NCBI GenBank assembly: GCA_964372495.1
Contig: CAYJQU010000002.1
Location: forward strand, 25,040 to 89,039
Length of the DNA stretch: 64,000 nt
Reading direction: 5' to 3'
DNA from: an uncultured Gammaproteobacteria bacterium
GTDB taxonomy: Bacteria > Patescibacteriota > Microgenomatia > JAUYPR01
The notes below the pieces were generated by a model, which worked only from the letters and a program-made list of their open reading frames with translations, did no database searches and was not told the origin of the DNA. The translations under genes and the position numbers were made by a program. Each line of letters begins with the position of its first letter. Position 1 is the stretch's first letter. Of this stretch, positions 8,821 through 17,770 are shown piece by piece.

Positions 8821-9716
8821 CTCGATAGCGTCCACTCAAGAAGCTTGCGCGATTCGCCAAAACGATCAGCACTGCCAAGTACGACGCTTACTACGATATT
8901 TCCTTTATGGTCAAAGGCAGCCACTAAACACTCGCCGGCGCCCTCTGTCCATCCAGTTTTGACGCCAATCACACCAGGTACACTCCCCAAAAGGAGATTC
9001 TTATTGGTCAGGGTATGCCAACGCGTTTTCTCGATGTTGCTTACTACTACCTCTTTCGTAGCCACTATCCGTGCAAAGTCCGGGTGCCTCAGCGCCTGGC
9101 CGGCCAGTCGTGCCAGATCCTCGGCTGTTGTGTAATGATCCGGATGGTCAATCCCGGACGGGTTTACAAAGTGAGTATTCTGTAGATGCAACTCCGCTGC
9201 CTTCTGGTTCATGCGTTCCACAAACTGCTGAGGTGTTTCTGAACAGTTTTCAGTAAGCGCAAGCGCCGCGTCGTTGCCTGAATTAAGAAGCAGTCCAAAC
9301 AGAAGTGACTCAACCGTGATCCGCTCTCCGGAGTACAATCCCATCTGGGTACTCGTATCATCAGCATCCAGCGTCCTTACTTGCACAATCTTATCAAGCG
9401 GACACTGTTCAAGTGCTATGAGCGCTGTCATTATTTTGGTTGTTGAGGCAGGTTTTACCCGCATTTGGGCCTCATGGGCAAATAGTACGACAGCCGAGGT
9501 GACATCCACTACCGCCGCCGACCGTGCGGTAAGAGGAGGCGGTGCACTCGCTGTTGCTATCCGAGGATAGGGAACCGGGGTGGGAATCGCTATTGGCAGC
9601 TCCCGTACCAGTGTCTGATCGGTGCGCAGCGCCAACACGGAGGCTCGCTCTGTCGACCCACGGCTAAGCAGCAGCAATCCAGCAAACGCCCCCAGAGCCA
9701 GTATCCTACTTCTCAT
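8793..9716 (-). CDS. Serine-type D-Ala-D-Ala carboxypeptidase (low-molecular-weight PBP, DacA-like)
   Basis: Signal peptide plus SxxK (ASTTK), SxN (SGND) and KTG (KTGWT) motifs. Confidence 0.85.
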   Translation of the reverse strand: MRSRILALGAFAGLLLLSRGSTERASVLALRTDQTLVRELPIAIPTPVPYPRIATASAPPPLTARSAAVVDVTSAVVLFAHEAQMRVKPASTTKIMTALIALEQCPLDKIVQVRTLDADDTSTQMGLYSGERITVESLLFGLLLNSGNDAALALTENCSETPQQFVERMNQKAAELHLQNTHFVNPSGIDHPDHYTTAEDLARLAGQALRHPDFARIVATKEVVVSNIEKTRWHTLTNKNLLLGSVPGVIGVKTGWTEGAGECLVAAFDHKGNIVVSVVLGSADRFGESRKLLEWTLSSYSWEAVSS

Positions 9717-11067
9717 CTAAGCGAATGTCGACACGCTCCATATCACGGGGAAATAGCGATGCTTCTCGGATATTTTTTAATTTGAGTATTTGCATGGTGA
9801 GGCGCTCGAGTCCAAAGGAAAACCCTCCCTCTGGAGGCATCCCGTACCGAAACGCCTGTAGATACAGCTCAAATGACTTCGGATTCATGCCACGCGACTC
9901 TATAGCAGCCACTAGTTGCGCGTAATCGGTGACCCGGAGGCTGCCGCTTGCCCACTCCAGTCCTCTACAGAGAAGGTCGCAGCTTAACGAGTACTCCGGC
10001 TGCTCTGGATCGGGATGGGTGTAGAATGGCTTTTTGGCAGTAGGAAAGTGCGTAACGGTGACAAAATCAGATCCATGCTCCCGCAGACTCCACGCGCATA
10101 AATCTCGCTCGTCCTCTGGAGTTAAATCTGGCTCTTTTCGATTGTCCCGCCTGGTTTTTTGGTACAGAAGTTCCTGTGCTTGCCTGAGAGTCAGGCGTGG
10201 AATTTTCTTACCAACCACAGGAGCTGTTACCCCAAACTGGACCAGGATTTCTTTACACGCTGTATTCACTCCCTCTACCAAGTCGATTGCTGTTTGCTCA
10301 AGCTCGTCGAGCAAGTTTTCAAAATGTTCGATAAACCCAATCTCTATATCCAGTTGGGTAACCTCAGAAAGATGTCGGGTGGTCACTGAAGGCTCAGCGC
10401 GGTACGCGTGCGCAATCGTGAACACCCGCTCAAACACTCCCACCATGATCTGTTTGTATAGCTGCGGACTTTGGGCAAGATATGCTTCTTTCCCATAATA
10501 GGAAAGCTCGAAGACTTCTGCGCCTCCCTCAGTCGCGGACGCGACGATGGTAGGTACCACAATTTCCGTACAGTCTCTGCGCAACGCTGACTCTCGGAAG
10601 CTGGTAAGCAGTGCCGCTTGCAGCGCAAAAATAGGACGGACACTTGAGTGTCGCAAGCTGAGGGTGCGATAATCAAGTAGTGTAGGGAGGGTTACTTCAA
10701 GACTCTTGCCTCCGGTGTCGAAGGGTAGACTTTCTGCTTTGGCAATGAGCCGTAGCTCTTCGGCTTGCAGCTCCACCGTTCCCGTAGCTAGTTTCGGGTT
10801 TACCAATTTCTCGGGGCGCTCCTTGACCGTTCCCGCCACGAGCACAACGTCTTCGGGCCGCAGACTCCCAGCCTGCTCTCCACTCAGTACAACCTGGAGA
10901 ACCCCGGTGCGGTCACGAAGATCTACAAACACAATCTTCCCGTGGTCCCGTCGTACTTGTACCCAGCCGTATACTGCAACTTTTTTGCCCACACGCGCAA
11001 GCGTCTCCCGAGCATACATGCGTTTCACAAAGGTCATTGTACCAAAACACCCCGTATTGACAAGCAA
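9706..11067 (-). CDS. aspS: Aspartyl-tRNA synthetase, archaeal/eukaryotic-type (AspRS2; could be non-discriminating)
   Basis: Class II aaRS with an N-terminal OB fold (GWV..RDHGKIVF), a QSPQLYKQ motif and a GGFSFGLERL motif 3. Its roughly 450-aa length fits the archaeal-type AspRS/AsnRS. Confidence 0.8.
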   Translation of the reverse strand: MLVNTGCFGTMTFVKRMYARETLARVGKKVAVYGWVQVRRDHGKIVFVDLRDRTGVLQVVLSGEQAGSLRPEDVVLVAGTVKERPEKLVNPKLATGTVELQAEELRLIAKAESLPFDTGGKSLEVTLPTLLDYRTLSLRHSSVRPIFALQAALLTSFRESALRRDCTEIVVPTIVASATEGGAEVFELSYYGKEAYLAQSPQLYKQIMVGVFERVFTIAHAYRAEPSVTTRHLSEVTQLDIEIGFIEHFENLLDELEQTAIDLVEGVNTACKEILVQFGVTAPVVGKKIPRLTLRQAQELLYQKTRRDNRKEPDLTPEDERDLCAWSLREHGSDFVTVTHFPTAKKPFYTHPDPEQPEYSLSCDLLCRGLEWASGSLRVTDYAQLVAAIESRGMNPKSFELYLQAFRYGMPPEGGFSFGLERLTMQILKLKNIREASLFPRDMERVDIRLDEK

Positions 11068-11217
11068 GCGCTCCTTATGCTAAAGTCCCCCTCATTATGT
11101 TGCGTACCGACGCACAGTATGCCTTCCAGTTTATTAAGCTCCACGTGAGTGGGGCTCTTTTGGGAGGCAGAAAGCGCACGCACATATAAGTAAGCAAAAG
11201 AATACGGTATAAAAACA

Positions 11218-11247
11218 GGAGCCTCTCAAGAGAAGAGAGGCTTTTTT
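11218..11247 (+). terminator. GC-rich hairpin GCCUCUC/GAGAGGC followed by U6, with an A5 tract on the 5' side (bidirectional terminator-like)
   Basis: 7-8 bp perfect stem with a 7-nt loop and TTTTTT at 11242-11247. GTATAAAAA lies 5-10 nt upstream and AAAGGAGAG plus ATG 11275 lie downstream. Confidence 0.5.
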
Positions 11248-11274
11248 AGTGCATGAAAGGAGAGTGAGAACAGG

Positions 11275-11511
11275 ATGGAAAGAGAAAGATATGGGTTAGC
11301 CCAGATGCGTTCGCTGGACCCAGTTGAGTGGCAACAGGCATGTGCGACCATGCGTGAGAAAGCAGCTAGGCAGCGCACATTGAATAGGGTTAGTTCGCCA
11401 GAAGATGCTGCAGCTCCCCGGCCGGCGACTACTCCATCGTCTGGAAACGAAGCAGTAAACCTTGGCGGCAAAGACCCTTACCGCCCGATTGGGAGGGTGC
11501 GTGTCTGGTAA
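11275..11511 (+). CDS. Hypothetical small protein (78 aa)
   Basis: AAAGGAGAG ribosome-binding site 10-18 nt upstream of the ATG. It lies downstream of a promoter-like TATAAA and the hairpin. No homology recognised. Confidence 0.35.
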   Translation: MERERYGLAQMRSLDPVEWQQACATMREKAARQRTLNRVSSPEDAAAPRPATTPSSGNEAVNLGGKDPYRPIGRVRVW

Positions 11512-11716
11512 AGTACCATCATGGAGTATCACTCCAGTACGCTACCATGGGCTCTTGACAGAACACTGCTGGAGTGATATATTCCCGTTCATTCAAATGA
11601 ATACGTGGCATTTCATTACCATTCTTCCGCTTATGGTGCTCCGAGCAATCGGAGCTACTTTGGGAGGGAACAGGTAAGAAAATAGTCGTATAAAAGTAAA
11701 AGGATAAGAAGTAAGA

Positions 11717-11746
11717 AACCTCCCAAAGAAACGGGAGGTTTTTGTT
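11717..11746 (+). terminator. GC-rich hairpin (AACCUCCC/GGGAGGUU) plus U-tract, paralogous to the element at 11218
   Basis: 8-bp stem, 8-nt loop, then TTTTTGTT. GTATAAAAG is upstream and GAAAGGAAG plus ATG 11761 are downstream. Confidence 0.5.
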
Positions 11747-11760
11747 GGTGAAAGGAAGTA

Positions 11761-12087
11761 ATGATGCAGTACGAAAGACGGCCCAGTAAAAAACCAACTG
11801 CGTTCGAGCGGTATATAACATTTGTGCTCTTTACATGTCATACCATAAACGACGTATCCTCTACCGAGACGCGTCGTGCAATGCTCCATCATGAAGCGGC
11901 AGACGAATATCGGAGGGCTTATAACGTTGGTCTTCCGAAGGCTTACCAAATGGTCAGGGCAGATCTTGATAAAGTTTTAAGATGTGACCAATCGAACGGT
12001 TTTGCACCAATAGCAATGCCATCAGAAAAATGGCGAGGTCAGAATAGAAACAACTATTGCACCCACGATATAAGTGGGGTACGCTAA
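11761..12087 (+). CDS. Hypothetical small protein (108 aa)
   Basis: Ribosome-binding site GAAAGGAAG 5-13 nt upstream. It is the second copy of the promoter-hairpin-smallORF arrangement. Confidence 0.35.
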   Translation: MMQYERRPSKKPTAFERYITFVLFTCHTINDVSSTETRRAMLHHEAADEYRRAYNVGLPKAYQMVRADLDKVLRCDQSNGFAPIAMPSEKWRGQNRNNYCTHDISGVR

Positions 12088-12302
12088 AAAGCATGGCAGC
12101 ATCTCCGGACCGACCATCGTCAATAACTTATTTTAGGAGAGGCGGGGCAGAGTCACCCGCTCGTTTGCGCGGGCACTTTAACAGCCTTGCGGTACATGCG
12201 GCGCGTCAGAAGGACACATATACAAGAATCCCTCTGACTCGACGTCGCGAGATTTCCGCTTCTCGCCTTGACAACCACAGAGGTACTCCTCATGATAGAA
12301 GT

Positions 12303-12938
12303 GTGAGCGACCTGTTTGACGAAGAGACCCCTATTACAAAATCACCGGTGCAGCGTACTCGTCGCAGAGGGTTCCTGGGAACGGCGGTAAAGATCGCGGG
12401 GGGTGCCGGTGTCGCTCTGGCTGGAGGTGTGACAATAGCAAGAAATATCGAACCAGCAATGGCCAAATGGTACGAGGTTACGGGAGATCCACGTTTTTTC
12501 CAAGCCAAAGCGCGAGAACTGTTCTCCTCGCCTCCTCCCAATGCACCACTTCTTTCCGACATTTCAATAGCCACAGTATTCCCTGCAGAAAACATCTATA
12601 AACAACAGTACATTAAGGGTGCAACCCTGCGTGCCGCTCCCATTATCTCAGGAAATGCTATTGGAGAAACACAAGCAATTCCCCGAGGGACAAGGCTGCC
12701 GGAAGGTTACATCATTGAAGATGGGTTTGATGAAGTTATAGGGGATAACCGATGGTTCGTTTTTCCTCTCGCGCAGCTCCTTAAAGAAAACCCTACCATC
12801 AAGATAGATCGATCAAAAATTCCCGCAGGTACCGAATTTACATTTATCCATCTAGCAAATACAAGCGTGTGGGGAACAGAAAAGATAACTCACATTACGC
12901 CGATTCGTTGGCGACACTTACCCTCCGCACGTCCCTGA
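12303..12938 (+). CDS. Putative Tat-exported protein (start uncertain)
   Basis: Twin-arginine motif TRRRGFLG followed by a hydrophobic h-region AVKIAGGAGVALAGG. The track ORF starts at 12057 but has no in-frame ATG. GTG at 12303 or 12348 would place the Tat signal at the N-terminus. Confidence 0.4.
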   Translation: MSDLFDEETPITKSPVQRTRRRGFLGTAVKIAGGAGVALAGGVTIARNIEPAMAKWYEVTGDPRFFQAKARELFSSPPPNAPLLSDISIATVFPAENIYKQQYIKGATLRAAPIISGNAIGETQAIPRGTRLPEGYIIEDGFDEVIGDNRWFVFPLAQLLKENPTIKIDRSKIPAGTEFTFIHLANTSVWGTEKITHITPIRWRHLPSARP

Positions 12939-14526
12939 TTTTTAACTGCACGCGTGTATTACCATTCCAGACATCTTGTAACACGCTGTAGGCAATATCC
13001 AGCAAATCTCCTGGAGCAAGTATGGAAGCAAGCTCCCCGTGCCCAAACCCAATTGCGTCAACAGACACGCGATCAGATGGGGCAGACACCGTTAGTTTGA
13101 GGTGTTTATTGCCATTGCCTACGGCACGCACACGCTCAACCTGTAGTCCCGAAGACATGAATACCGGCTCGGGATTGCCTATCCCAAACGGTTCCAATAC
13201 TCGCATTCGCTCATACAACTCCCGCCCAACAAGCCCCACCGGAATCAAGGCATCTATCAAAAGGGTACGCGTCAGAAGTTCTGGGGCCAGTTTTTCTTGA
13301 GCTATGCTCATAAGGCACTCGCGCAGCGCCGGGATATTGCCCGTTTCGATGGTAAAACCTGCCGCCATGGGGTGACCTCCTACATCAACAAGCAAATCTT
13401 TTGCCGATCGAAGGGCTTCAACAATATTGAATCCTGCCACTGAGCGAGCTGATCCTTTGCTGATAGCTGCCCCTTGGCTAATCACCACTGCCGGACGATA
13501 ATGCTGCTCGACAAGCCTTCCTGCAATAAGGCCAATAATCCCCTGTTGCCATGACGGACTTGCCATGACAATTACCCTGTCAGTATCGACATTGACTCGT
13601 TTTATCTGTTCAAGCGCATGTTGCACCCCTTCTGTGGTAAGTTGCTGGCGCCGCGCGTTGGCAGTACACAGAACCTGGGCAAGCTGACGCGCCCGTGCAC
13701 CATTGGTGGTGCACAAAAGCCGCAGCGCGTCAAGGGCATGGTCCAGCCGTCCCAACGCGTTTATGCGCGGCACTAGGAGGTGCCCGACCTCATACGTGGA
13801 AAGCTGCCCAACGCTGAGACCGCTCGCCGCAATAAGCTCCTGGAGTCCGAATGACGACGTCGCGTTGAGTACTGAAAGTCCCAGTCGAGCCAAGATACGA
13901 TTTTCTCGCGTAAGCGGAACAAGATCCGCGATTGTAGCGGTGGCCACAAGATCAAGATACTTCTGCGGATATCGATGCTTAGTCAGTACTTGTGCCAGCT
14001 TCCACGCCACTGCTGCCCCGCATACGTTCGTATCATGCACAATCGCGAAAGCGTCCGGTAATTCCGGTGGCGCTACGTGATGGTCTGTAATGATAACATC
14101 AACAGATTTCTCTCGCGCATGTTCTACTGCCTCTATGCTTGTGATACCACAATCAACCGTGATAATAAGTTGTGTGCCGTCCCCGATTAATCGATCAACC
14201 GCTTCTTTCTTTAACCCATACCCTTCTTTCTCTCGATGCGGGATATAGGGCAGCACCTTGGCACCAATACCCCGGAGGGTCTGCCACAACAGCGCAACTC
14301 CGCAAATACCGTCCGCGTCATAATCAGAGTAAATCGCTATCTGCTCGTCGCGTTCAATCGCGCGCTGAATGCGCTTTGCGGCTTTCTGTATACCGGGTAG
14401 ATCAAAACGAAGGATTGAAATTGAAGCTTTTGTATCAATACCCCGCTTGGCAAGGAGCAGTGCTAATAAACTCTCCTGATCTTTCGCTTCATCCCCATCT
14501 GTCAGTGACCATACGTACCGTCGCAT
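12895..14526 (-). CDS. recJ: Single-stranded-DNA-specific exonuclease RecJ
   Basis: DHH-family motifs DYDADGI, VDCGITS and IITDHH, and a DHHA1-like C-terminal half. Confidence 0.9.
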   Translation of the reverse strand: MRRYVWSLTDGDEAKDQESLLALLLAKRGIDTKASISILRFDLPGIQKAAKRIQRAIERDEQIAIYSDYDADGICGVALLWQTLRGIGAKVLPYIPHREKEGYGLKKEAVDRLIGDGTQLIITVDCGITSIEAVEHAREKSVDVIITDHHVAPPELPDAFAIVHDTNVCGAAVAWKLAQVLTKHRYPQKYLDLVATATIADLVPLTRENRILARLGLSVLNATSSFGLQELIAASGLSVGQLSTYEVGHLLVPRINALGRLDHALDALRLLCTTNGARARQLAQVLCTANARRQQLTTEGVQHALEQIKRVNVDTDRVIVMASPSWQQGIIGLIAGRLVEQHYRPAVVISQGAAISKGSARSVAGFNIVEALRSAKDLLVDVGGHPMAAGFTIETGNIPALRECLMSIAQEKLAPELLTRTLLIDALIPVGLVGRELYERMRVLEPFGIGNPEPVFMSSGLQVERVRAVGNGNKHLKLTVSAPSDRVSVDAIGFGHGELASILAPGDLLDIAYSVLQDVWNGNTRVQLKIRDVRRVSVANESA

Positions 14527-14560
14527 CGCGAACTTCTATTGTACAAGGTATACTTTACCT

Positions 14561-15913
14561 ATGGCAAACAACGCGCTTCCGCTTCCAGCGTCCATCCGCA
14601 ACGTTTTTACTACTCTTGCCGACAACGGGCACCGAGGATTCGTGGTGGGCGGGGCGGTGAGGGATCTTTTGACTCAGAAGGAGCCGCACGACTGGGACTT
14701 CGCAACCGACGCGAGACCTGACCACATTCTAGGTATCTTCCCCGGCAGTTTCCTCAATAACCAATACGGGACTGTTGGGGTGCCACTTCCTCAGCCAATC
14801 GGTAATGCAGAAATAACCACATTCCGGAAGGAAGGAAAGTATCAGGACTTTCGACACCCGAGCACGGTCGAATGGGGCCGCACCATCGAGGAAGATCTTG
14901 CGCGCCGAGATTTTACCATAAACGCGATGGCTGTCGGCCAAGACGGGCAGGTCGTTGACCCATACCATGGACGGGAAGACCTGGAGGCTGGCTTGATTCG
15001 AACGGTGGGAGATCCGCATACACGCTTTTCCGAGGACGCACTGCGGCTACTGCGGGCGGTGCGGCTGTCCGTTGAACTTGGCTTCACTATCGAACCAGCC
15101 ACCCTCCTTGCCGTACAAGAAAATGTTCACCTGATACAACACGTCTCGGGAGAGCGCATCCGCGATGAGCTCCTCAAGATGCTTGCTGCCCCAACCGAAG
15201 CGTCTGCCAACAGCTTCTTCTTGCTCCGGGAAGTTGGACTTCTTGCACATATACTACCAGAATTGGAGCACGCGTTTGCGCAACCGCAGGCGCGGCACCA
15301 TACACATGACGTTGGCACGCATCTCGTGCTCTCTTTAAAACACTGCCCCTCACCGGACCCCATCGTCCGACTTGCAACGCTCCTACATGATATTGGCAAG
15401 CCGGCAGTCGCTCGTAAGGAGGATAACTTGATTACGTTTTTCAACCATGAGGTGGTCGGAGTGCCCATCGCCCGTCGCATCCTAGATCGTTTGCATGTTA
15501 CCCGCAAAGATCGAGATCGCATTCTCAATCTTATCCGGTGGCACCAGTTCACAGTGGATGAGCACATTACCGATGCTGCGGTTCGGCGTTTCATTCAGCG
15601 GGTGGGTGTGGAAAACGTCAACGATATGCTTGACCTGCGCATTGGGGACCGATTGGGAGGTGGGTGCCGGGAAGCGGAAAGCTGGAGACTTAGACTGTTC
15701 AAAAAGCGTATTTGGGAGGTTCAGCATCCACCTCCGACAGCGGCAGATCTGGCAATCGACGGCCACGACGTGATGCGCGAGTTCAACCTGCAACCCGGAC
15801 CACAGGTTGGGAAAATCCTCAATACGCTGTTCGAAGAAACAGTAGACGACCCGAGTAAGAATAACCGAGAATACTTACTGCAGCGCCTGAAGGAGTTGAA
15901 AAAACACGAGTGA
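14561..15913 (+). CDS. cca: CCA-adding tRNA nucleotidyltransferase with HD domain
   Basis: GGAVRD..DWD polymerase-beta head motif plus an HD domain (HTHDVGTH...LLHDIGK). Confidence 0.85.
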   Translation: MANNALPLPASIRNVFTTLADNGHRGFVVGGAVRDLLTQKEPHDWDFATDARPDHILGIFPGSFLNNQYGTVGVPLPQPIGNAEITTFRKEGKYQDFRHPSTVEWGRTIEEDLARRDFTINAMAVGQDGQVVDPYHGREDLEAGLIRTVGDPHTRFSEDALRLLRAVRLSVELGFTIEPATLLAVQENVHLIQHVSGERIRDELLKMLAAPTEASANSFFLLREVGLLAHILPELEHAFAQPQARHHTHDVGTHLVLSLKHCPSPDPIVRLATLLHDIGKPAVARKEDNLITFFNHEVVGVPIARRILDRLHVTRKDRDRILNLIRWHQFTVDEHITDAAVRRFIQRVGVENVNDMLDLRIGDRLGGGCREAESWRLRLFKKRIWEVQHPPPTAADLAIDGHDVMREFNLQPGPQVGKILNTLFEETVDDPSKNNREYLLQRLKELKKHE

Positions 15914-15935
15914 ATCAAAGGAACAGTCACGAAAA

Positions 15936-16436
15936 CTAACTAGTGGAAGATGCCGCTTGGAAACGAGCCATCAACCGCAAGCCGCCATCGAATATCTCTT
16001 GTATCGGCCGGGAGATAGTTTCACTGACGCGGACAAATCTACCGGGGGCTATTCGAGCATCGACACGCCATCGTCTCATAAACGTTCCCTCAAGAACAGC
16101 TGCGGGGTCTCCTGCAGAAACCCCTTTCCCTGTACTGTTCACTCTAGCCACCAATATACACTCGATCAGACTAGCAATAGCCAGCTCCACCTCGAGCTCC
16201 CGAACTTTCTTGTCATACGGAACAACTTCATTGTACATGCCCGCACGTTTCATCCCATTGCTTTGCTTCCTACAGTCATTCAAGAGCTCCCTGATTTCTA
16301 CTATGACTGCAGCAAGGCCTCCTAGAGTCGCGTCAGGAAATTTAGGACTGGGATACTCCGACACAACCGCTGGTCTCGCCCGAACTTCTCTCACGAGCGC
16401 TGACGGATCAGGAAATTTTCGTTCATACCGCGCCAT
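15936..16436 (-). CDS. Hypothetical protein (166 aa)
   Basis: ORF with a palindromic element about 80-110 nt upstream of its start. No motif recognised. Confidence 0.4.
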   Translation of the reverse strand: MARYERKFPDPSALVREVRARPAVVSEYPSPKFPDATLGGLAAVIVEIRELLNDCRKQSNGMKRAGMYNEVVPYDKKVRELEVELAIASLIECILVARVNSTGKGVSAGDPAAVLEGTFMRRWRVDARIAPGRFVRVSETISRPIQEIFDGGLRLMARFQAASSTS

Positions 16437-16516
16437 AGGTATTAGACAAAGATTATATCAGAAATCTGACGGCACACTATTAAAATGTCGACCCTCCGCT
16501 TGCTACTGTCCAACAT

Positions 16517-16544
16517 TTGTTCAATATACTGATATATTGAACAA
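16517..16544. repeat. 28-bp perfect palindrome TTGTTCAATATA-CTGA-TATATTGAACAA (copy 1 of 2 in the window)
   Basis: Its 26-bp core is identical to the copy at 26846-26875. It ends 4 nt before the secF stop codon, a position typical of REP-like elements. Confidence 0.7.
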
Positions 16545-16547
16545 TCA

Positions 16548-17438
16548 TCATGCAGTGCGTGTTGCGCGCTCGTGCCATACGACCAATAGCGGTGCCGCGT
16601 TGAAGATGCTCGAGTAGGTACCAGAAGTAATGCCTATCAGAAGTGCAGCTATAAACCAGCGGATGGACGCACCACCGAACAGAAGCAGTGCCAAAAGGAC
16701 TAGCAGTACCGTCAGTGAGGTCATCAACGACCGGCCGAACGTCTGCACAATGGAGTCGTTTACCACCTGGGCAAACGGTAAGGTAATGTGCCGTCTTATG
16801 TTCTCCCGAATACGATCAAACACCACAATCGTATCGTGCACCGAAAACCCGATGACCGTAAGGAGGGCGGTAACAAACAACGCATCTACCTCTGCATGAA
16901 AGTAATACCCGAGTATAGCCATCACCCCCACCAGCACTAACACATCGTGACAAAGGGCCACAATCGCACATACGGCAAAACGGATGGAAGAGGCAGGTTT
17001 GGGTACACTGCGAAACGCCCACGCGATATACAACATAATTGCAAGCGAGGCAAACAGAAACGCAAGCAGTGCATTTTTCTGCAGCTCCTTACCAATGGTG
17101 GGTCCCACTGTTTCAAATCGCAGCTGCTTCACAGCACCATAGCGACTGCTCAAATCAGCAGCCACCTCGTTCCTCTTGGCTTGATCAATCACTTTCGTGC
17201 GCACGAGTACTTCCTGCTTACTGACTCGCTGAATACTGCTGACGTCTACCCTACGCTGCCGAAAGATCTCTTCTATACCCCCTGTATCGGCCGGCTGCTC
17301 AAACTGCAGCTCAAGCAAGCTCCCTCCGGTAAAGTCCATCCCGAGCCGCACGCCGTACACGATAAGAAAAAACAATCCGGGCAAGATGACGACGCCAGAG
17401 AATACAAAGTACCAATACTTAAAACGCAGCAGGTTCAT
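16548..17438 (-). CDS. secF: Protein translocase subunit SecF
   Basis: About 6 transmembrane segments and SecF-like sequence (GMDFTGG..., C-terminal RND-like bundle). Confidence 0.9.
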   Translation of the reverse strand: MNLLRFKYWYFVFSGVVILPGLFFLIVYGVRLGMDFTGGSLLELQFEQPADTGGIEEIFRQRRVDVSSIQRVSKQEVLVRTKVIDQAKRNEVAADLSSRYGAVKQLRFETVGPTIGKELQKNALLAFLFASLAIMLYIAWAFRSVPKPASSIRFAVCAIVALCHDVLVLVGVMAILGYYFHAEVDALFVTALLTVIGFSVHDTIVVFDRIRENIRRHITLPFAQVVNDSIVQTFGRSLMTSLTVLLVLLALLLFGGASIRWFIAALLIGITSGTYSSIFNAAPLLVVWHERATRTA

Positions 17439-17770
17439 GACTTTCTCTGCTCAAGGGCTTGACGAATCTGTTCGAGCAACTGTTCTTGGTAGACACGAGT
17501 GGCAGCAGAAGCTTGCGTTTTAAAGTCAGGAATATGCTTCTCAAACCACTCGAGTGCGCCATCCGAACTCTCCTGGCTCATGAGTATATCAGCCATGCGC
17601 TGCTGATCCTCAACTGAGAGCTTTTCCAAAATCCATTCCAGCAAATGATCCTGCAGCAGGATCGACAATTTCAAAAGCACGAGCTCGGTTTCCTGGGGCG
17701 AGAGACCAAGGTTTGCCACGTGATCCGCAAGGTTCTCAGAGTCAATGATGTGGTCTTTCAGCGATTTCAT
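17435..17770 (-). CDS. Hypothetical small acidic protein (111 aa)
   Basis: ORF with 4-nt stop/start overlaps to both neighbours, lying inside the secD-secF operon. Confidence 0.45.
   Translation of the reverse strand: MKSLKDHIIDSENLADHVANLGLSPQETELVLLKLSILLQDHLLEWILEKLSVEDQQRMADILMSQESSDGALEWFEKHIPDFKTQASAATRVYQEQLLEQIRQALEQRKS

Noticed and set aside
11519-11949. Minus-strand ORFs 11519..11821 and 11593..11949
   Set aside because: They read through the GC hairpin and U-tract elements and the promoter-like AT-rich boxes. Their composition is low-complexity and they have no ribosome-binding site.
15943-16617. 224-aa plus-strand ORF spanning the palindromic repeat
   Set aside because: It is antisense to the 166-aa gene and to the secF 3' end. 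Its composition is Ser/Thr/Arg-rich as expected of a high-GC antisense frame, and it has no ribosome-binding site.
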